Assembly (NCBI GenBank): GCA_963834625.1
Contig: CAWICM010000009.1
Location: 426,706 to 490,705 of the forward strand
DNA from: an uncultured Solirubrobacterales bacterium
GTDB lineage: Bacteria > Actinomycetota > Thermoleophilia > Solirubrobacterales > Solirubrobacteraceae
Length of the DNA stretch: 64,000 nucleotides
Direction of reading: 5' to 3'
Part shown: piece by piece, positions 1-9,820 of the stretch
How positions within the stretch are numbered: position 1 is the first letter of the stretch
Layout of the letters: every line of letters starts with the position of its first letter
Program-made: the position numbers and the translations under genes
The notes under the pieces: generated by a model
Database searches by the model: none
Seen by the model: only the letters and a program-made list of their open reading frames with translations
Told to the model about the DNA's origin: nothing

Positions 1-2
1 CC

Positions 3-551
3 GGTGGAGAGGACCTGGACGCGGGGGCGCGTGGCCACGGTGATCTCGCCGGCGCCGGCGGCGATCGCCGCGCCCAGCTCGGCGGCTCCCAGCACGCTGC
101 CCGCGCGCAGGACGGTGTGGCCGGCGCGCATGTCCTCGCCGGCGTGGCGGACGTTGTCGCTCTCGCGCACGGGGGCGTGCGTGACGATCTCGCCCGCGCG
201 GGCCTCGACGTTCTCCTGAGGGATCACGGCGGTGGCGCCGGCGGGTATCGCCGCGCCGGTCGAGATCCGGATCGCCTGCCCCTCGTGCAGCGGATCCGTC
301 GCGGGCGTGCCGGCTCGCGACTCGCCGACCACCGTGAGCCGGCGGTCGGCGGGACCGGGGAGAACGGCGTAACCGTCCATGGCCGAGCAGGGGAACGGCG
401 GCACCTCGCCCTGGGCCTCCAGGGCGGTGGCCAGCACCCGATCGCGGGCGTCCGCGACCGGGATGGCCTCCGATCCGAGCGGGCGGACGGCCTGGAGAAC
501 GAGTTCTCGCGCTTGGGCGATCGTAAGTAATGGGCCCGCCACAGCGTTCAT
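3..551 (-). CDS. moeA: Molybdopterin molybdotransferase MoeA (gephyrin-like), N-terminal part; truncated at the window edge
   Basis: Not in the ORF track. Manual minus-strand translation gives MNAVAGPLLTIAQARELV...VPPFPCSAMDGYAV...RISTGAAIP...DNVRHAGED...RPRVQVLSTG, with the classic MoeA motifs SAMDGYA, I-x-TGA and STG. Confidence 0.92.
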   Translation of the reverse strand, partial: MNAVAGPLLTIAQARELVLQAVRPLGSEAIPVADARDRVLATALEAQGEVPPFPCSAMDGYAVLPGPADRRLTVVGESRAGTPATDPLHEGQAIRISTGAAIPAGATAVIPQENVEARAGEIVTHAPVRESDNVRHAGEDMRAGHTVLRAGSVLGAAELGAAIAAGAGEITVATRPRVQVLST

Positions 552-622
552 TTTCCCGAACGCGGAGATCGGACTCTCCGGGTCGAGATTGCATGGACGC
601 GATAGGTGGTAAAAGTGGCCCG

Positions 623-1783
623 ATGGAGCGGGGTGTGCCACGCCGTAGGCGGCCGAGGCCGGTCGTAAGCGCGGGCGTGGAGGCGCTGCTGCTCCGGGGC
701 GATGCGCTGGCCAAGGCCTGGCTGCTGGCGCTGGTCGAGGACGCGCCGCTCGACGAGGCGGCGGCGGTCCTGGCCGGGGACGTGGCGCGCGACGGCCCGC
801 GGATCTGCGAAGCGGTGGTGCGCGCGCTCCACGACGAGGCCGATCTGCGCCGGATCGAGGCCGAGGGGGTGCTCGAGCCGCTCGCATCCCGGGTCGGGGA
901 ACTGGCCGGCGCGCGGAGCGCCCAGGCCGCCGCGCACGCGGTCAAGGTGCTCCACGACGTGGTGTGGGCCGCGCTCCGGGGCGAGCTGGCGCACACCGAC
1001 CCCGACCTGCTCGCCGACGCCGCCGAACGGCTGGCGCAGGTGAGCGCGCTGGTTCTGGCGGCCGTTATGCGTCGCCGCGACGCGGGGGAGCCGAGTGCGC
1101 GCGAGCCGGAGCGGACGGCGCCGCTTCGCGTGGCGCGCTCTGCGCCTGGGTTGGGCGATCGGCCCGAGCGCCGCGCCGCGAGGGGTGTGACGCCGGGGCT
1201 TGAGGACACGGCGGGAACGGTGGCTTCGGACGAGGGGGAGGCGCCCGTGACCGGCAGGGTCGGGTGGGCGGGCGAGGAGGGCCGGGACGCACTGTGGGTC
1301 GGAGCGCTGCGCGACGAGATCGTGCGGGCGGCGCGCGCCTCGCTCCCGCTTTCGCTGCTGCTGGTCGAGCTCGACGAGGCCGAGCGTATGGCCGTGGTCG
1401 AGCCGCATGGCGAGGCCAGCGCGACGTTCGGCCGGTTCGCACAGGCGGTCCGCACAGCGGTCCGCCGTCGCGACGTGCTCGCCTGCGAGACCGACAGTCG
1501 GGCATGGATCATCGCCCGGGATACCGGCCGGGCCGGTGCCCATGCCCTCGGGATTCGGATCGCCACCAACGTGCCGGCCGAGGAGATGTGGCGCGGCGCG
1601 CCCCTGACCGTCAGCGTGGGCCTCGCCGTGCTGGGTGAGGACGGCTACAACGCGGCTGCACTGATCGACGCCGCCGAGCAGACGCGGTTCGCGGCCGAGG
1701 CCAGCGGGATCGGGATCGTGCCGGACGGCGATGAGGACGGAGGCGGCGAGCCGCCGGAGCCCGGGCCGAGCCTGGTCAGCTGA
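623..1783 (+). CDS. Helical N-terminal domain plus degenerate GGDEF-like domain protein
   Basis: The C-terminus has the GGDEF-fold pattern (LRDEIVRAAR...LSLLLVELD...LTVSVGLA...LIDAAEQ), but ETDSR sits where GG(D/E)EF is expected. The start at MERG (623) was chosen over the track start at 530. Confidence 0.7.
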   Translation: MERGVPRRRRPRPVVSAGVEALLLRGDALAKAWLLALVEDAPLDEAAAVLAGDVARDGPRICEAVVRALHDEADLRRIEAEGVLEPLASRVGELAGARSAQAAAHAVKVLHDVVWAALRGELAHTDPDLLADAAERLAQVSALVLAAVMRRRDAGEPSAREPERTAPLRVARSAPGLGDRPERRAARGVTPGLEDTAGTVASDEGEAPVTGRVGWAGEEGRDALWVGALRDEIVRAARASLPLSLLLVELDEAERMAVVEPHGEASATFGRFAQAVRTAVRRRDVLACETDSRAWIIARDTGRAGAHALGIRIATNVPAEEMWRGAPLTVSVGLAVLGEDGYNAAALIDAAEQTRFAAEASGIGIVPDGDEDGGGEPPEPGPSLVS

Positions 1784-1795
1784 CGGGCGCAGCCG

Positions 1796-2602
1796 CTACT
1801 GGGCTGACGGCGAAGCAGCGCCCGTGCTCGGGGCGGTCGGCGTCGCTGAGGTGGCCGTTGTCGATGCGGCGCCGACCATCTCCGTGCCCCGCATGCCGAG
1901 AGCACGTCCGGTGGCCATCGTCAGGTCCCAGTTGGCGTTGTGCGCGTATGGCCCTCGATCGATGACCGGGACCGTCATCACGTTGCCCTTGTAATAGACC
2001 TGGACCTCGGTGCCGCACCGGAGCGTCCGGTTGGCAACGCCGATGGTGCGCCGGCGGAGGATCACCCCGCAGGCGGTCCGGTGCCCGTAGAACCCCGGGC
2101 CGTAAAGGGTGGCGATCGAGCGGCGGTACACGGTGACCGACAGCGCCGGCGGGGAGGCGGCCGCGCTCGAGCCCTGGCTGCCCCCGAGCACTGCTCGGAT
2201 CATCATCTGCCCGGCGCCCTTGGTGTGCCAGGCGGCGGTGAACGAGCCGTTCGAGGCGGCATGCACGTCGGCCACGGCGACCCAGCTCGCGCCGGGGCTC
2301 GCCGGGAGCTGGTCGATCTCGACGGCGGCGCCGGCGTCGTTGGCCGGCACCGTTCCGCTCACCGACACCCCGCTGCGCACGAATGCCGAGGCGGGTGAGG
2401 AGATCGTGATCCCGTCGCTGGTCGCGCTCACCGTCCCGGCGCCCGAGTGGACGTTGGGGTTCGCGCTCGATCCCGGTCCGGTCCCGGCGCCCCCGGACCC
2501 AGGCCCGGATCCGGCCGAGGCCAGCCCAGGGATGGCCAGCGCGGCGGCGGCGGCGGTCAGCAACGAAACGAAGTAGCGGTTTGCGCGAGCTCTGGAGAGC
2601 AG
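1796..2602 (-). CDS. Secreted RlpA-like (double-psi beta-barrel) lytic transglycosylase family protein
   Basis: C-terminal motifs ATLYGPG, TACG, VPVIDRGPY and WDLT. A GAGGA RBS 8 nt upstream of a CTG at 2602 gives a full signal peptide (MLSRARANRYFVSLLTAAAAALA...); the track start is 2563. Confidence 0.88.
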   Translation of the reverse strand: MLSRARANRYFVSLLTAAAAALAIPGLASAGSGPGSGGAGTGPGSSANPNVHSGAGTVSATSDGITISSPASAFVRSGVSVSGTVPANDAGAAVEIDQLPASPGASWVAVADVHAASNGSFTAAWHTKGAGQMMIRAVLGGSQGSSAAASPPALSVTVYRRSIATLYGPGFYGHRTACGVILRRRTIGVANRTLRCGTEVQVYYKGNVMTVPVIDRGPYAHNANWDLTMATGRALGMRGTEMVGAASTTATSATPTAPSTGAASPSAQ

Positions 2603-2624
2603 CTGGTCGGTCCTCGGTTGTTGG

Positions 2625-2762
2625 TGCCTACGGGGTGAGCTGACGGGCTCGCGCCTTGTGAGCGCTACGGTCCTCGCTGGGACCGATTCGCCCCTGCGGA
2701 TCCGGGGATCCGCAAGTGGTTCCCCCGCCGACCGTCCGCGGACGGACGATCGCTCGGCGTTG
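2625..2762 (-). ncRNA. Cyclic di-AMP (ydaO/yuaA) riboswitch
   Basis: The minus strand reads GCCGA...GGGGGAACC...GGGGCGAATC...TAG...CCCGTCAGCTCACCCCGTAGGC, matching the conserved blocks. It lies directly upstream of a cell-wall hydrolase gene, the usual actinobacterial context. Confidence 0.9.
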
Positions 2763-2824
2763 AACGGGCGGGAATTCTAACCAGCTTGGCCGGCGACTGT
2801 CTCATGTGCCCTGCGCGAGGGGGA

Positions 2825-3373
2825 TCAGGGACGCGGAAGCCGGTCGACCGCGCGACGCAGGGCGCGGGCGCTCACCGACAGGCCGATCTCGGCCAACTCG
2901 GCCGCCGCCTGGGCGGCCGTGCCGAGGATGTGCCGCCCCGTCGGCTGCTCGGGCCGGCGGTCGCGTGGCGTGGGCGGGACGCCCGCGGGCTGAGCCGGCT
3001 GACGAAGGCGGTCGGGGCGCCGGCGCGCGGTGGCTCGGGGCGGACCCGGCGTGGGTGCGGGCGTTGGCGTTGCGCTTGGCGCGGACGTGACCGCGGGTGC
3101 CGAGCTCGCGGCGGGCGCGGGCTTGGACTTGGACTTGGTGGATGCGGCGGCCGGCTTCCGGGTCGCCCGCGCCGGAGACTTGGGTCGGGCGTTTGCTCGA
3201 GCGCCGCGGGCGCGCGTTGCCGGGGTCTCGGCGTCGGTGGCGCCATTGGCGCCTGTGGCGGCGCTCGGGGCCTTCGTCGGCGCGGCGCGCTTGGCGCTCC
3301 GGCGCTGCGGACGGCGGCGCGGCAGGGCACCGAGCACGTCAGAGGGGCGTTGCTCGCTCACCGGGCCAATCAT
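2825..3373 (-). CDS. Hypothetical Ala/Pro/Lys-rich low-complexity protein
   Basis: The ORF fills the gap between the riboswitch and the sigA promoter; it has a basic low-complexity body and a helical C-terminus. Confidence 0.6.
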   Translation of the reverse strand: MIGPVSEQRPSDVLGALPRRRPQRRSAKRAAPTKAPSAATGANGATDAETPATRARGARANARPKSPARATRKPAAASTKSKSKPAPAASSAPAVTSAPSATPTPAPTPGPPRATARRRPDRLRQPAQPAGVPPTPRDRRPEQPTGRHILGTAAQAAAELAEIGLSVSARALRRAVDRLPRP

Positions 3374-3591
3374 GGCGCACTACAGAGCCGGCCGTCGCTC
3401 CAACCTCTTAGGAAAATCCGAGCATTGGTTGAAACCGCCGCTACCGTCGCGCGTATACATTCATCTAGTCGGAGCGTTGCGTGCCACGACGGGCGAATCG
3501 GAGCCGTTGCGACCTGGTCTCCAAATGCCGGCGCCGGCTATGCCAACCGCACCCAGCCCCTCGCGCGCGCCCCCGACGGTTCGGTAATTCG

Positions 3592-3620
3592 TTGACTTCA
3601 AAAAGTATAGCGTCTAGACT
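3592..3620 (+). promoter_or_regulatory. Sigma-70-type promoter upstream of sigA
   Basis: TTGACT(3592-3597)-N17-TAGACT(3615-3620) in an AT-rich patch about 120 nt upstream of the ATG. Confidence 0.75.
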
Positions 3621-3741
3621 TCTTTTGCATGTTTAGATAGCGGGCGTGCGCCCTTGGGGGCCCCCGCCCGTTCGTCATCCTCTCTCCCACTCAAGCCGGC
3701 CGTGTCCAGGCGCCGGCGGGTACGACGAGAAACGGAATCAG

Positions 3742-4842
3742 ATGTCAGTAGCGGATCTGCAGGAACTGGAAGAGATCAAGGGCCTCGTCACCCGCGGCCA
3801 GCAACTCGGCGTCCTGACCTATGCCGAGATCTCCGGCGCGGTCTCTGAGCTCGATCTCGACGAAGCTGATGTCGAGGAGCTTCACGGCTTCCTCGAGCGC
3901 GCTGAGATCGAACTGGTCGAGGAGCTCGACCCTGCCATTGCGGCTGCCGACCTGGAGCGCGCACCCGACAAGCGCGGCCGGCGCAAGCCCAAGACGGCAC
4001 TCGATCTCAAACCGGACATGACCACCGATTCCCTTCAGCTGTTCCTGAAGGACATCGGCAAGGTGCGGCTGCTCACCGCCCAGGAAGAGGTTGATCTCGC
4101 CAAGCGCATCGAGCGCGGCGATCTCGACGCCAAGCAGAAGATGGTCGAGTCGAACCTTCGACTCGTCGTATCCATCGCCAAGAACTACCGCAATCAGGGC
4201 CTGCCGTTCCTGGACCTGATCCAGGAGGGAACGCTCGGGCTGGTGCGCGCGGCCGAGAAGTTCGACTACCGCAAGGGCTTCAAGTTCTCCACCTACGCCA
4301 CCTGGTGGATCCGCCAGGCGATCGCTCGCGCGCTCGCTGACAAGGCGCGGACGATCCGCATCCCGGTGCACGTGGTCGAGAAGCTCAACAAGATCGGGCG
4401 GGCCGAGCGCAAACTGGTCACCGAGCTGGGACGCGAGCCGACCGCCGAGGAGATCGCCGAGGTCACCGGGATCGAGCCCGAGGAGGTCGAGTCGATCAAG
4501 CGCTCGGCGCAGGCCCCGGTGTCGCTCGAGAAGCCGGTGGGCGACGAGGAGGAGTCGGAGTTCGGCCAGTTCATCGCCGACGAGCGGGCCGAGTCGCCCT
4601 ACGAGCGGGCGGCCGAGATCCTCACCAAGGAAGCGCTGCGCGAGGCGCTCGAGAACCTCAGCTACCGGGAGCGGCGCGTGCTCGAGCTGCGTTACGGGCT
4701 CGGCGGCGAGCATCCCCGGACGCTCGACGAGGTTGGGCGCACGTTCAACGTCACGCGCGAGCGGATCCGGCAGATCGAAAATCAGTCCTTGAAGAAGCTT
4801 CAGTCGCTGGCTGAGGCGCAGAAGCTGCGCGACGTCGCTTAG
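3742..4842 (+). CDS. rpoD: RNA polymerase primary sigma factor (RpoD/SigA)
   Basis: Region 1.1 ([12 protein letters not shown]), 1.2 ([11 protein letters not shown]), 2 ([26 protein letters not shown]) and 4 ([18 protein letters not shown]). Confidence 0.96.
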   Translation: MSVADLQELEEIKGLVTRGQQLGVLTYAEISGAVSELDLDEADVEELHGFLERAEIELVEELDPAIAAADLERAPDKRGRRKPKTALDLKPDMTTDSLQLFLKDIGKVRLLTAQEEVDLAKRIERGDLDAKQKMVESNLRLVVSIAKNYRNQGLPFLDLIQEGTLGLVRAAEKFDYRKGFKFSTYATWWIRQAIARALADKARTIRIPVHVVEKLNKIGRAERKLVTELGREPTAEEIAEVTGIEPEEVESIKRSAQAPVSLEKPVGDEEESEFGQFIADERAESPYERAAEILTKEALREALENLSYRERRVLELRYGLGGEHPRTLDEVGRTFNVTRERIRQIENQSLKKLQSLAEAQKLRDVA

Positions 4843-4849
4843 CTGTTTC

Positions 4850-4881
4850 GTTGGACGCTCGCCCCGGCGCGCGCGTCCAAC
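4850..4881 (+). terminator. Hairpin downstream of rpoD, putative terminator
   Basis: GTTGGACGC/GCGTCCAAC 9-bp inverted repeat just after the stop; no strong U tract. Confidence 0.5.
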
Positions 4882-4931
4882 CTTCCCCTCTGCGCTCAAG
4901 CCGCGAGCCGTAGCCGTCGATTTCGTAAGGG

Positions 4932-6203
4932 ATGTTCGATCTCCACGAGGCGCTGCGCTACGTCGTTGACAACGAGGGCTCGGACCTTCATGTGAAGGTG
5001 CCCGCGCGTCCGATGGCGCGCTTCCGCGGCCACCTCGAGCCGCTGCCGCAGTACGGCGATCCGCTCACGCCGGCCGATACCGAGCGGGTGCTTCGCCAGA
5101 TGCTCGCCGAGCACTCGGACAAGATGGAGGCGTTCGACTCCGAGAACGAGATCGACTTCTCCTACACCGTGCCCGACCTGGCCCGGTTCCGCGTGAACGC
5201 GTTCCGACAGCGCGGGTCGGTCTCGATCGTGGCTCGCGTGATCCCGTTCAACGTGAAGAGCGTCACCCAGCTCGGGCTGCCCTCGGTGATCGAGACGATC
5301 GCCGAAGAGGAGCGCGGGCTGATCCTGCTCACCGGCACCACGGGCTCCGGCAAGTCGACGACGCTGGCGGCGATCATCAACCACATCAACGAGACCAAGG
5401 CCCGGCACATCGTCACGATCGAGGACCCGATCGAGTATCTGCACCGCGACCGCAACTCGATCATCAACCAGCGCGAGGTCGGGATGGACACCGCGTCGTT
5501 CGGTCGCGCCATGCGCCGTGTCCTGCGTCAGGACCCCGACGTGATCCTGATCGGCGAGATGCGCGACGAGGAGACCGTGCGGACCGCGCTGTCGGCCGCC
5601 GAGACCGGCCACCTCGTGCTCTCCACGGTGCACACTCTGGATGCGGCCGAGAGCGTCAACCGGATCATCGACTTCTTCCAGCCCCATGAGCAGACCCAGG
5701 CGCGCGCGATGCTGGCCGGCACGTTGAAGGCGGTCGTCTCCCAGCGCTTGGTGCCGACCGCCGACGGGTCGGGTCGGGTCGCGGTGTGCGAGATCCTGCG
5801 GATGACCGGCCGGGCGCGCGACATGATCCTCGACCACAACCAGACCGACCGCCTGCGCGAGGTCATCGCCGAGGGCGAGTACTACGGGATGCAGACCTTC
5901 GACCAGGCGCTGTTGCACCACGTAAAGGCCGGTCGCGTCGCGATGGAGGACGCCATCCAGGCCGCCTCCAGCCCGCACGACTTCAAGCTGCTGGTCGCCG
6001 GCGACGGCCGCACGGCGACCTCGATGGACGACCTGGCCCGCGCCGGGTCGGCAGGCGAAGCGCCCACGCCGGCTCGGGGCGGATCCGACCATGAAGGCCC
6101 CGTCCCGGTCCCTGCTTCGCCGGTCCGCGAGCCGAGCCCGTTCGCTGCCGCCGCGCCGACGAACGGCCGGCGCTCGGCGCCGCCCCCCGGCCTGCTCGGC
6201 TAA
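4932..6203 (+). CDS. pilT: PilT/PilU family type IV pilus ATPase with Pro-rich tail
   Basis: SDLH motif, Walker A GTTGSGKST, TIEDPIE, LRQDPDVILIGEMRD, STVHT and GMQTFDQ. Confidence 0.92.
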   Translation: MFDLHEALRYVVDNEGSDLHVKVPARPMARFRGHLEPLPQYGDPLTPADTERVLRQMLAEHSDKMEAFDSENEIDFSYTVPDLARFRVNAFRQRGSVSIVARVIPFNVKSVTQLGLPSVIETIAEEERGLILLTGTTGSGKSTTLAAIINHINETKARHIVTIEDPIEYLHRDRNSIINQREVGMDTASFGRAMRRVLRQDPDVILIGEMRDEETVRTALSAAETGHLVLSTVHTLDAAESVNRIIDFFQPHEQTQARAMLAGTLKAVVSQRLVPTADGSGRVAVCEILRMTGRARDMILDHNQTDRLREVIAEGEYYGMQTFDQALLHHVKAGRVAMEDAIQAASSPHDFKLLVAGDGRTATSMDDLARAGSAGEAPTPARGGSDHEGPVPVPASPVREPSPFAAAAPTNGRRSAPPPGLLG

Positions 6204-6314
6204 ATCGCCGCCGCAGAGTCACCGCGCTGACACGCGCGGCTCTCCCCAGAGGTATAGGCTGCCCGGCTGCAACAAGGCTTGCCGATAGGCGTGGGGAGAG
6301 AAAGAGGAGGTTTG

Positions 6315-9300
6315 ATGGTGCGAAGCACACGTCGAGTGGTGTCCGGATTCGGCCTGCTGGCGGCGGTGATTGCGCTGGGCCAGCTGGCGGGCTCAGCCGC
6401 GGCCACGACGCAGAGCCAGGCCGTGACGCAGCGGGTGATCATCGTCCTGAAGAACCAGGAGAAGAGCCTGCCGCCCAGCAAGGCGCACATCAATCAGCGC
6501 CGGAGCGCGATCGCGGTTTCGCAGGCGCCGATCACCAGTCAGCTCTCCCACTCCGGGGCGCGGGGCGTCCACTCATACGACGTGCTCAACGCGGTGTCCG
6601 CGACGGTCTCCCCGAGCGAGGAGTCCCAGCTCAAGTCGAACCCCGCGGTGAGCCAGGTCGTGCCCGACCAAATCATCCATCTGTCGCCGCCGCAACAGGC
6701 GGCTTCGGGCGCGAGCGCGAGCACGACAACGACCCCGGGGAACATCCCCCTTCCGGGCACGTGCTCGACTAACCCTCAGGCGCCCCAGCTCAACCCCCAG
6801 GCGCTCGAGACGATCAACGCCGACTCGGACGCTGCCCATGCCAAGACGGCCCGCTCGCTCGGGTTGACCGGCGCCGGCGTCACCGTCGGGTTCATCGCCG
6901 ACGGTCTCGACCCCAACAATCCGGACTTCATCCGCCCCAACGGCAAGCACGTGATCGTCGACTACAAGGACTTCACCGGCGAGGGCCTGAACGTCCCCAC
7001 CGGTGGCGAGGAGGAGTTCGGCGACGGTAGCTCGATCGCCGCCCAGGGCCGCGAGGTCTACAACGTCAAGGGCTACAGCGCGCTCGGACCGAAGTCCAAT
7101 TGCTACATCCGCGTTGAGGGCGTTGCCCCCGGCGCGAACCTCGTCGCCCTCGACGTAGCCGGACGCGAAGACGCGTTCTTCAACTCCGAGATCATGCAGG
7201 CGATCGACTACGCGGTCACGACCGATCACGTCAACGTGCTCAACGAGTCGTTCGGCAACAACTTCTATCCCGACGACCAAGCCAACCTCGACCTGATCAA
7301 GCAGGCCAACGACGAAGCGGTCGCGGCCGGCACGACGGTCGCCGTCTCCAGCGGCGACGCCGGCGTGACCAGCACGATCGGCACGCCGTCCACCGACCCG
7401 GAGGTGATCTCCGCGGGCGCGACCACGACGTACCGGATCGACGGCCAGGACGGCTACGGCGGCGCGGCGTTCCCAGGCGTCACCGGTTTCCTGAACAACA
7501 ACATCAGCTCGTTCAGCTCGGGCGGCTTCGAGCAGAGCGGCAGGACGGTCGACGTGGTCGCTCCGGGCGAGCTCAACTGGGCGCTGTGCTCGACCAACAC
7601 GGCGATGTTCGACGAATGCGTCAGCCTGGCCGGGAATCCGACCCCGGTCGACGCCTTCGGCGGCACCAGCGAGTCGGCGCCGCTGACCGCGGGCGTGGCA
7701 GCCCTGGTGATCCAGGCCTACCGCCAGACCCACGGCGGCGCCACGCCGACGCCGGCGATCGTCAAGCAGATCATCACCAGCACGACCGACGACATCGGCG
7801 CGCCGGCCGAGCAGCAGGGCACCGGCCTGATCGACGCCTACAAGGCGAGTCTCGCGGCCGAGTCCTACAACAAGCCCAAGTCGGCAGCCAGTGGGAACAC
7901 CCTCCTGACCAGCGCCGATCAGCTGAACGGCTCCGGGTTGCCCGGCAAGCGCGAGACGCTGACCGACACGGTTACCAACAACGGCAGCAAGGCCGAGACG
8001 CTGTCGCTGTCGACCCGGGCGATCGGGAGCTACCGGTCGCTGAAGAGCGGGACGGTAACGCTCAGCGATACCGCCAGCCCGCACATCCTCGACTGGAATG
8101 GCGTCAACGACAACTACGAGCCGTTCAAGTTCAACGTCCCGGCGGGACAGGACCGGCTCAATGTGTCGGCGGCGTTCCAGAACGCCGGCAACGGCCTGAC
8201 CGACCCAGCCCTTCATGCCCGCGTGCGGATCACGCTGATCGACCCGCAGGGGCGGCTGGCCGAGTACTCGGTACCGCAGGGCGACGGCAACTACGGCAAC
8301 GTCCAGGTCACCGAGCCCATCGCGGGCCAGTGGACGGCGTACATCTACAGCCGCGATTCCGCGGACGGCGGCACGACTGGTCCGGTGGTGGTCGGCGCAA
8401 GCTCGGCCAAGTACACGACGTTCGGCACGGTGTCGCCGTCGAAGGTGACGCTGGCGCCGGGGCAGTCGTTCCCGGTCAACCTGACGGTGTCGACGCCCAG
8501 CTCGCCTGGCGACGCCGCGGGCTCGATCCTGCTCTCTAACGGTTCTCAGACGCTGAGCACGATCGCGGTCACCCTCCGCAGCCTGATCCCGACCGGCCAC
8601 TCCGTGTTCAACGGCGTGCTGACCGGCGGCAATGGCCGGGGGTTCCAGACCGGGGAGATGTTCACCTACCAGATCAACCTCCCGGCCAATCGACCCGAGC
8701 TGAGCGCGACGGTCACGCTGGCCGACAACCCGAACAACGTGTTCGACGCGTGGCTGGTCAATCCGTCCGGGGAGGCGCAGGCATTCGCCGAGAACACGAT
8801 CCCGTTCTCGAGCGGGTCGCAGAATGTGCTCGGGACGCAGTTGCACGTGCCCTCGCCGGCGGGAGGGACGTGGACGCTGATCGTCCTGTTCGCGCCGCAG
8901 GTGTCCGGGATGGCCCTGTCGGAGCCGTTCACGGTGACGACCAACCAGGACGCGATCCCGGTGCAGTCGACTCTGCCGAGTTCGCGGTCGACGAAGCTGA
9001 CGGGCGGCAAGGCCCAGACGTTCAACGTCACGGTCCAGAACAACGGGCCCGACCCCGAGGTGTACTTCCTCGACGCTCGGCTCCCCGAGAGCACGACGGA
9101 GACGTTGGCGACCACGGCCGGGACCACGAACACGGTCAAGGAGCCCAACAGCCAGTTCAATGCCAACCCGTTCGCGGTGTACCTGGTCCCGACGCATACG
9201 ACGTCGCTGGCCGAGTCCGCCACGACCACGGGCCCGCAGCCGATCGAGTTCGACAGCGCCGGACCGGCTGGCGACCCCGATCTCTCGTCGACCGCGGGTA

Positions 9301-9698
9301 GCACCGCTTCGTTGGCGTTCTCGGCCAACCCGGTCGACCAGGGGCTGTGGGACATCGCGCCGACGGAGGTTGGACCGTTCGGAGCGAACCCCGGTCCGAC
9401 CGAGACCGCGACCACGTCGATGTCGGTCACGACCGCCGCGTTCGATACGGACGTCAGCTCGCCCACGGGCGACCTGTGGCAGACGAGCGCCAACCCGTCG
9501 GCGCCGTTCGACCCGGTGGTGGTCCAGCCCGGTCAGAGCGCGACCATCCCGGTCACGATCAAGCCGAGCGCACCGGCGGGCTCGACGGTCAGCGGCACGC
9601 TGTACGTGGATGACACGTCGTTCCTGCTCTACGAGTTCTTCAATGGACTCAACGGCAACGACGTGACGTCCGTGCCGTACACGTACACGGTGAAGTAG
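6315..9698 (+). CDS. Large secreted subtilase-clan peptidase with sedolisin-type catalytic residues and C-terminal beta-sandwich domains
   Basis: RBS GGAGG, signal peptide, I9-like propeptide, EEFGD (E-x3-D), SSGDAG and GGTSESAP. Confidence 0.88.
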   Translation: MVRSTRRVVSGFGLLAAVIALGQLAGSAAATTQSQAVTQRVIIVLKNQEKSLPPSKAHINQRRSAIAVSQAPITSQLSHSGARGVHSYDVLNAVSATVSPSEESQLKSNPAVSQVVPDQIIHLSPPQQAASGASASTTTTPGNIPLPGTCSTNPQAPQLNPQALETINADSDAAHAKTARSLGLTGAGVTVGFIADGLDPNNPDFIRPNGKHVIVDYKDFTGEGLNVPTGGEEEFGDGSSIAAQGREVYNVKGYSALGPKSNCYIRVEGVAPGANLVALDVAGREDAFFNSEIMQAIDYAVTTDHVNVLNESFGNNFYPDDQANLDLIKQANDEAVAAGTTVAVSSGDAGVTSTIGTPSTDPEVISAGATTTYRIDGQDGYGGAAFPGVTGFLNNNISSFSSGGFEQSGRTVDVVAPGELNWALCSTNTAMFDECVSLAGNPTPVDAFGGTSESAPLTAGVAALVIQAYRQTHGGATPTPAIVKQIITSTTDDIGAPAEQQGTGLIDAYKASLAAESYNKPKSAASGNTLLTSADQLNGSGLPGKRETLTDTVTNNGSKAETLSLSTRAIGSYRSLKSGTVTLSDTASPHILDWNGVNDNYEPFKFNVPAGQDRLNVSAAFQNAGNGLTDPALHARVRITLIDPQGRLAEYSVPQGDGNYGNVQVTEPIAGQWTAYIYSRDSADGGTTGPVVVGASSAKYTTFGTVSPSKVTLAPGQSFPVNLTVSTPSSPGDAAGSILLSNGSQTLSTIAVTLRSLIPTGHSVFNGVLTGGNGRGFQTGEMFTYQINLPANRPELSATVTLADNPNNVFDAWLVNPSGEAQAFAENTIPFSSGSQNVLGTQLHVPSPAGGTWTLIVLFAPQVSGMALSEPFTVTTNQDAIPVQSTLPSSRSTKLTGGKAQTFNVTVQNNGPDPEVYFLDARLPESTTETLATTAGTTNTVKEPNSQFNANPFAVYLVPTHTTSLAESATTTGPQPIEFDSAGPAGDPDLSSTAGSTASLAFSANPVDQGLWDIAPTEVGPFGANPGPTETATTSMSVTTAAFDTDVSSPTGDLWQTSANPSAPFDPVVVQPGQSATIPVTIKPSAPAGSTVSGTLYVDDTSFLLYEFFNGLNGNDVTSVPYTYTVK

Positions 9699-9706
9699 CC
9701 GAGTTT

Positions 9707-9738
9707 GGCTGCCGCCCTGCCCGCGCAGGGCGGCAGCC
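9707..9738 (+). terminator. Strong hairpin after the peptidase gene
   Basis: Perfect 14-bp stem GGCTGCCGCCCTGC/GCAGGGCGGCAGCC with a 4-nt loop. Confidence 0.7.
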
Positions 9739-9820
9739 AGTCGCGCGTCGAACAAATGACGCGGACCGGATGCGCCCGCTCACTTCAGTTCGTGAAGCAT
9801 TGCGCTAACATAGGCGTTGG

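Noticed and set aside
6240-6300. Riboswitch upstream of the large peptidase
   Set aside because: A 9-bp stem (CTCTCCCCA/TGGGGAGAG) is present, but I recognise no riboswitch motif.
6573-9755. 1060-aa minus-strand ORF and similar long antisense ORFs (e.g. 39145..40926, 19567..20976, 54999..56426)
   Set aside because: Shadow frames of real high-GC genes, Arg/Gly-rich with no recognisable motifs.
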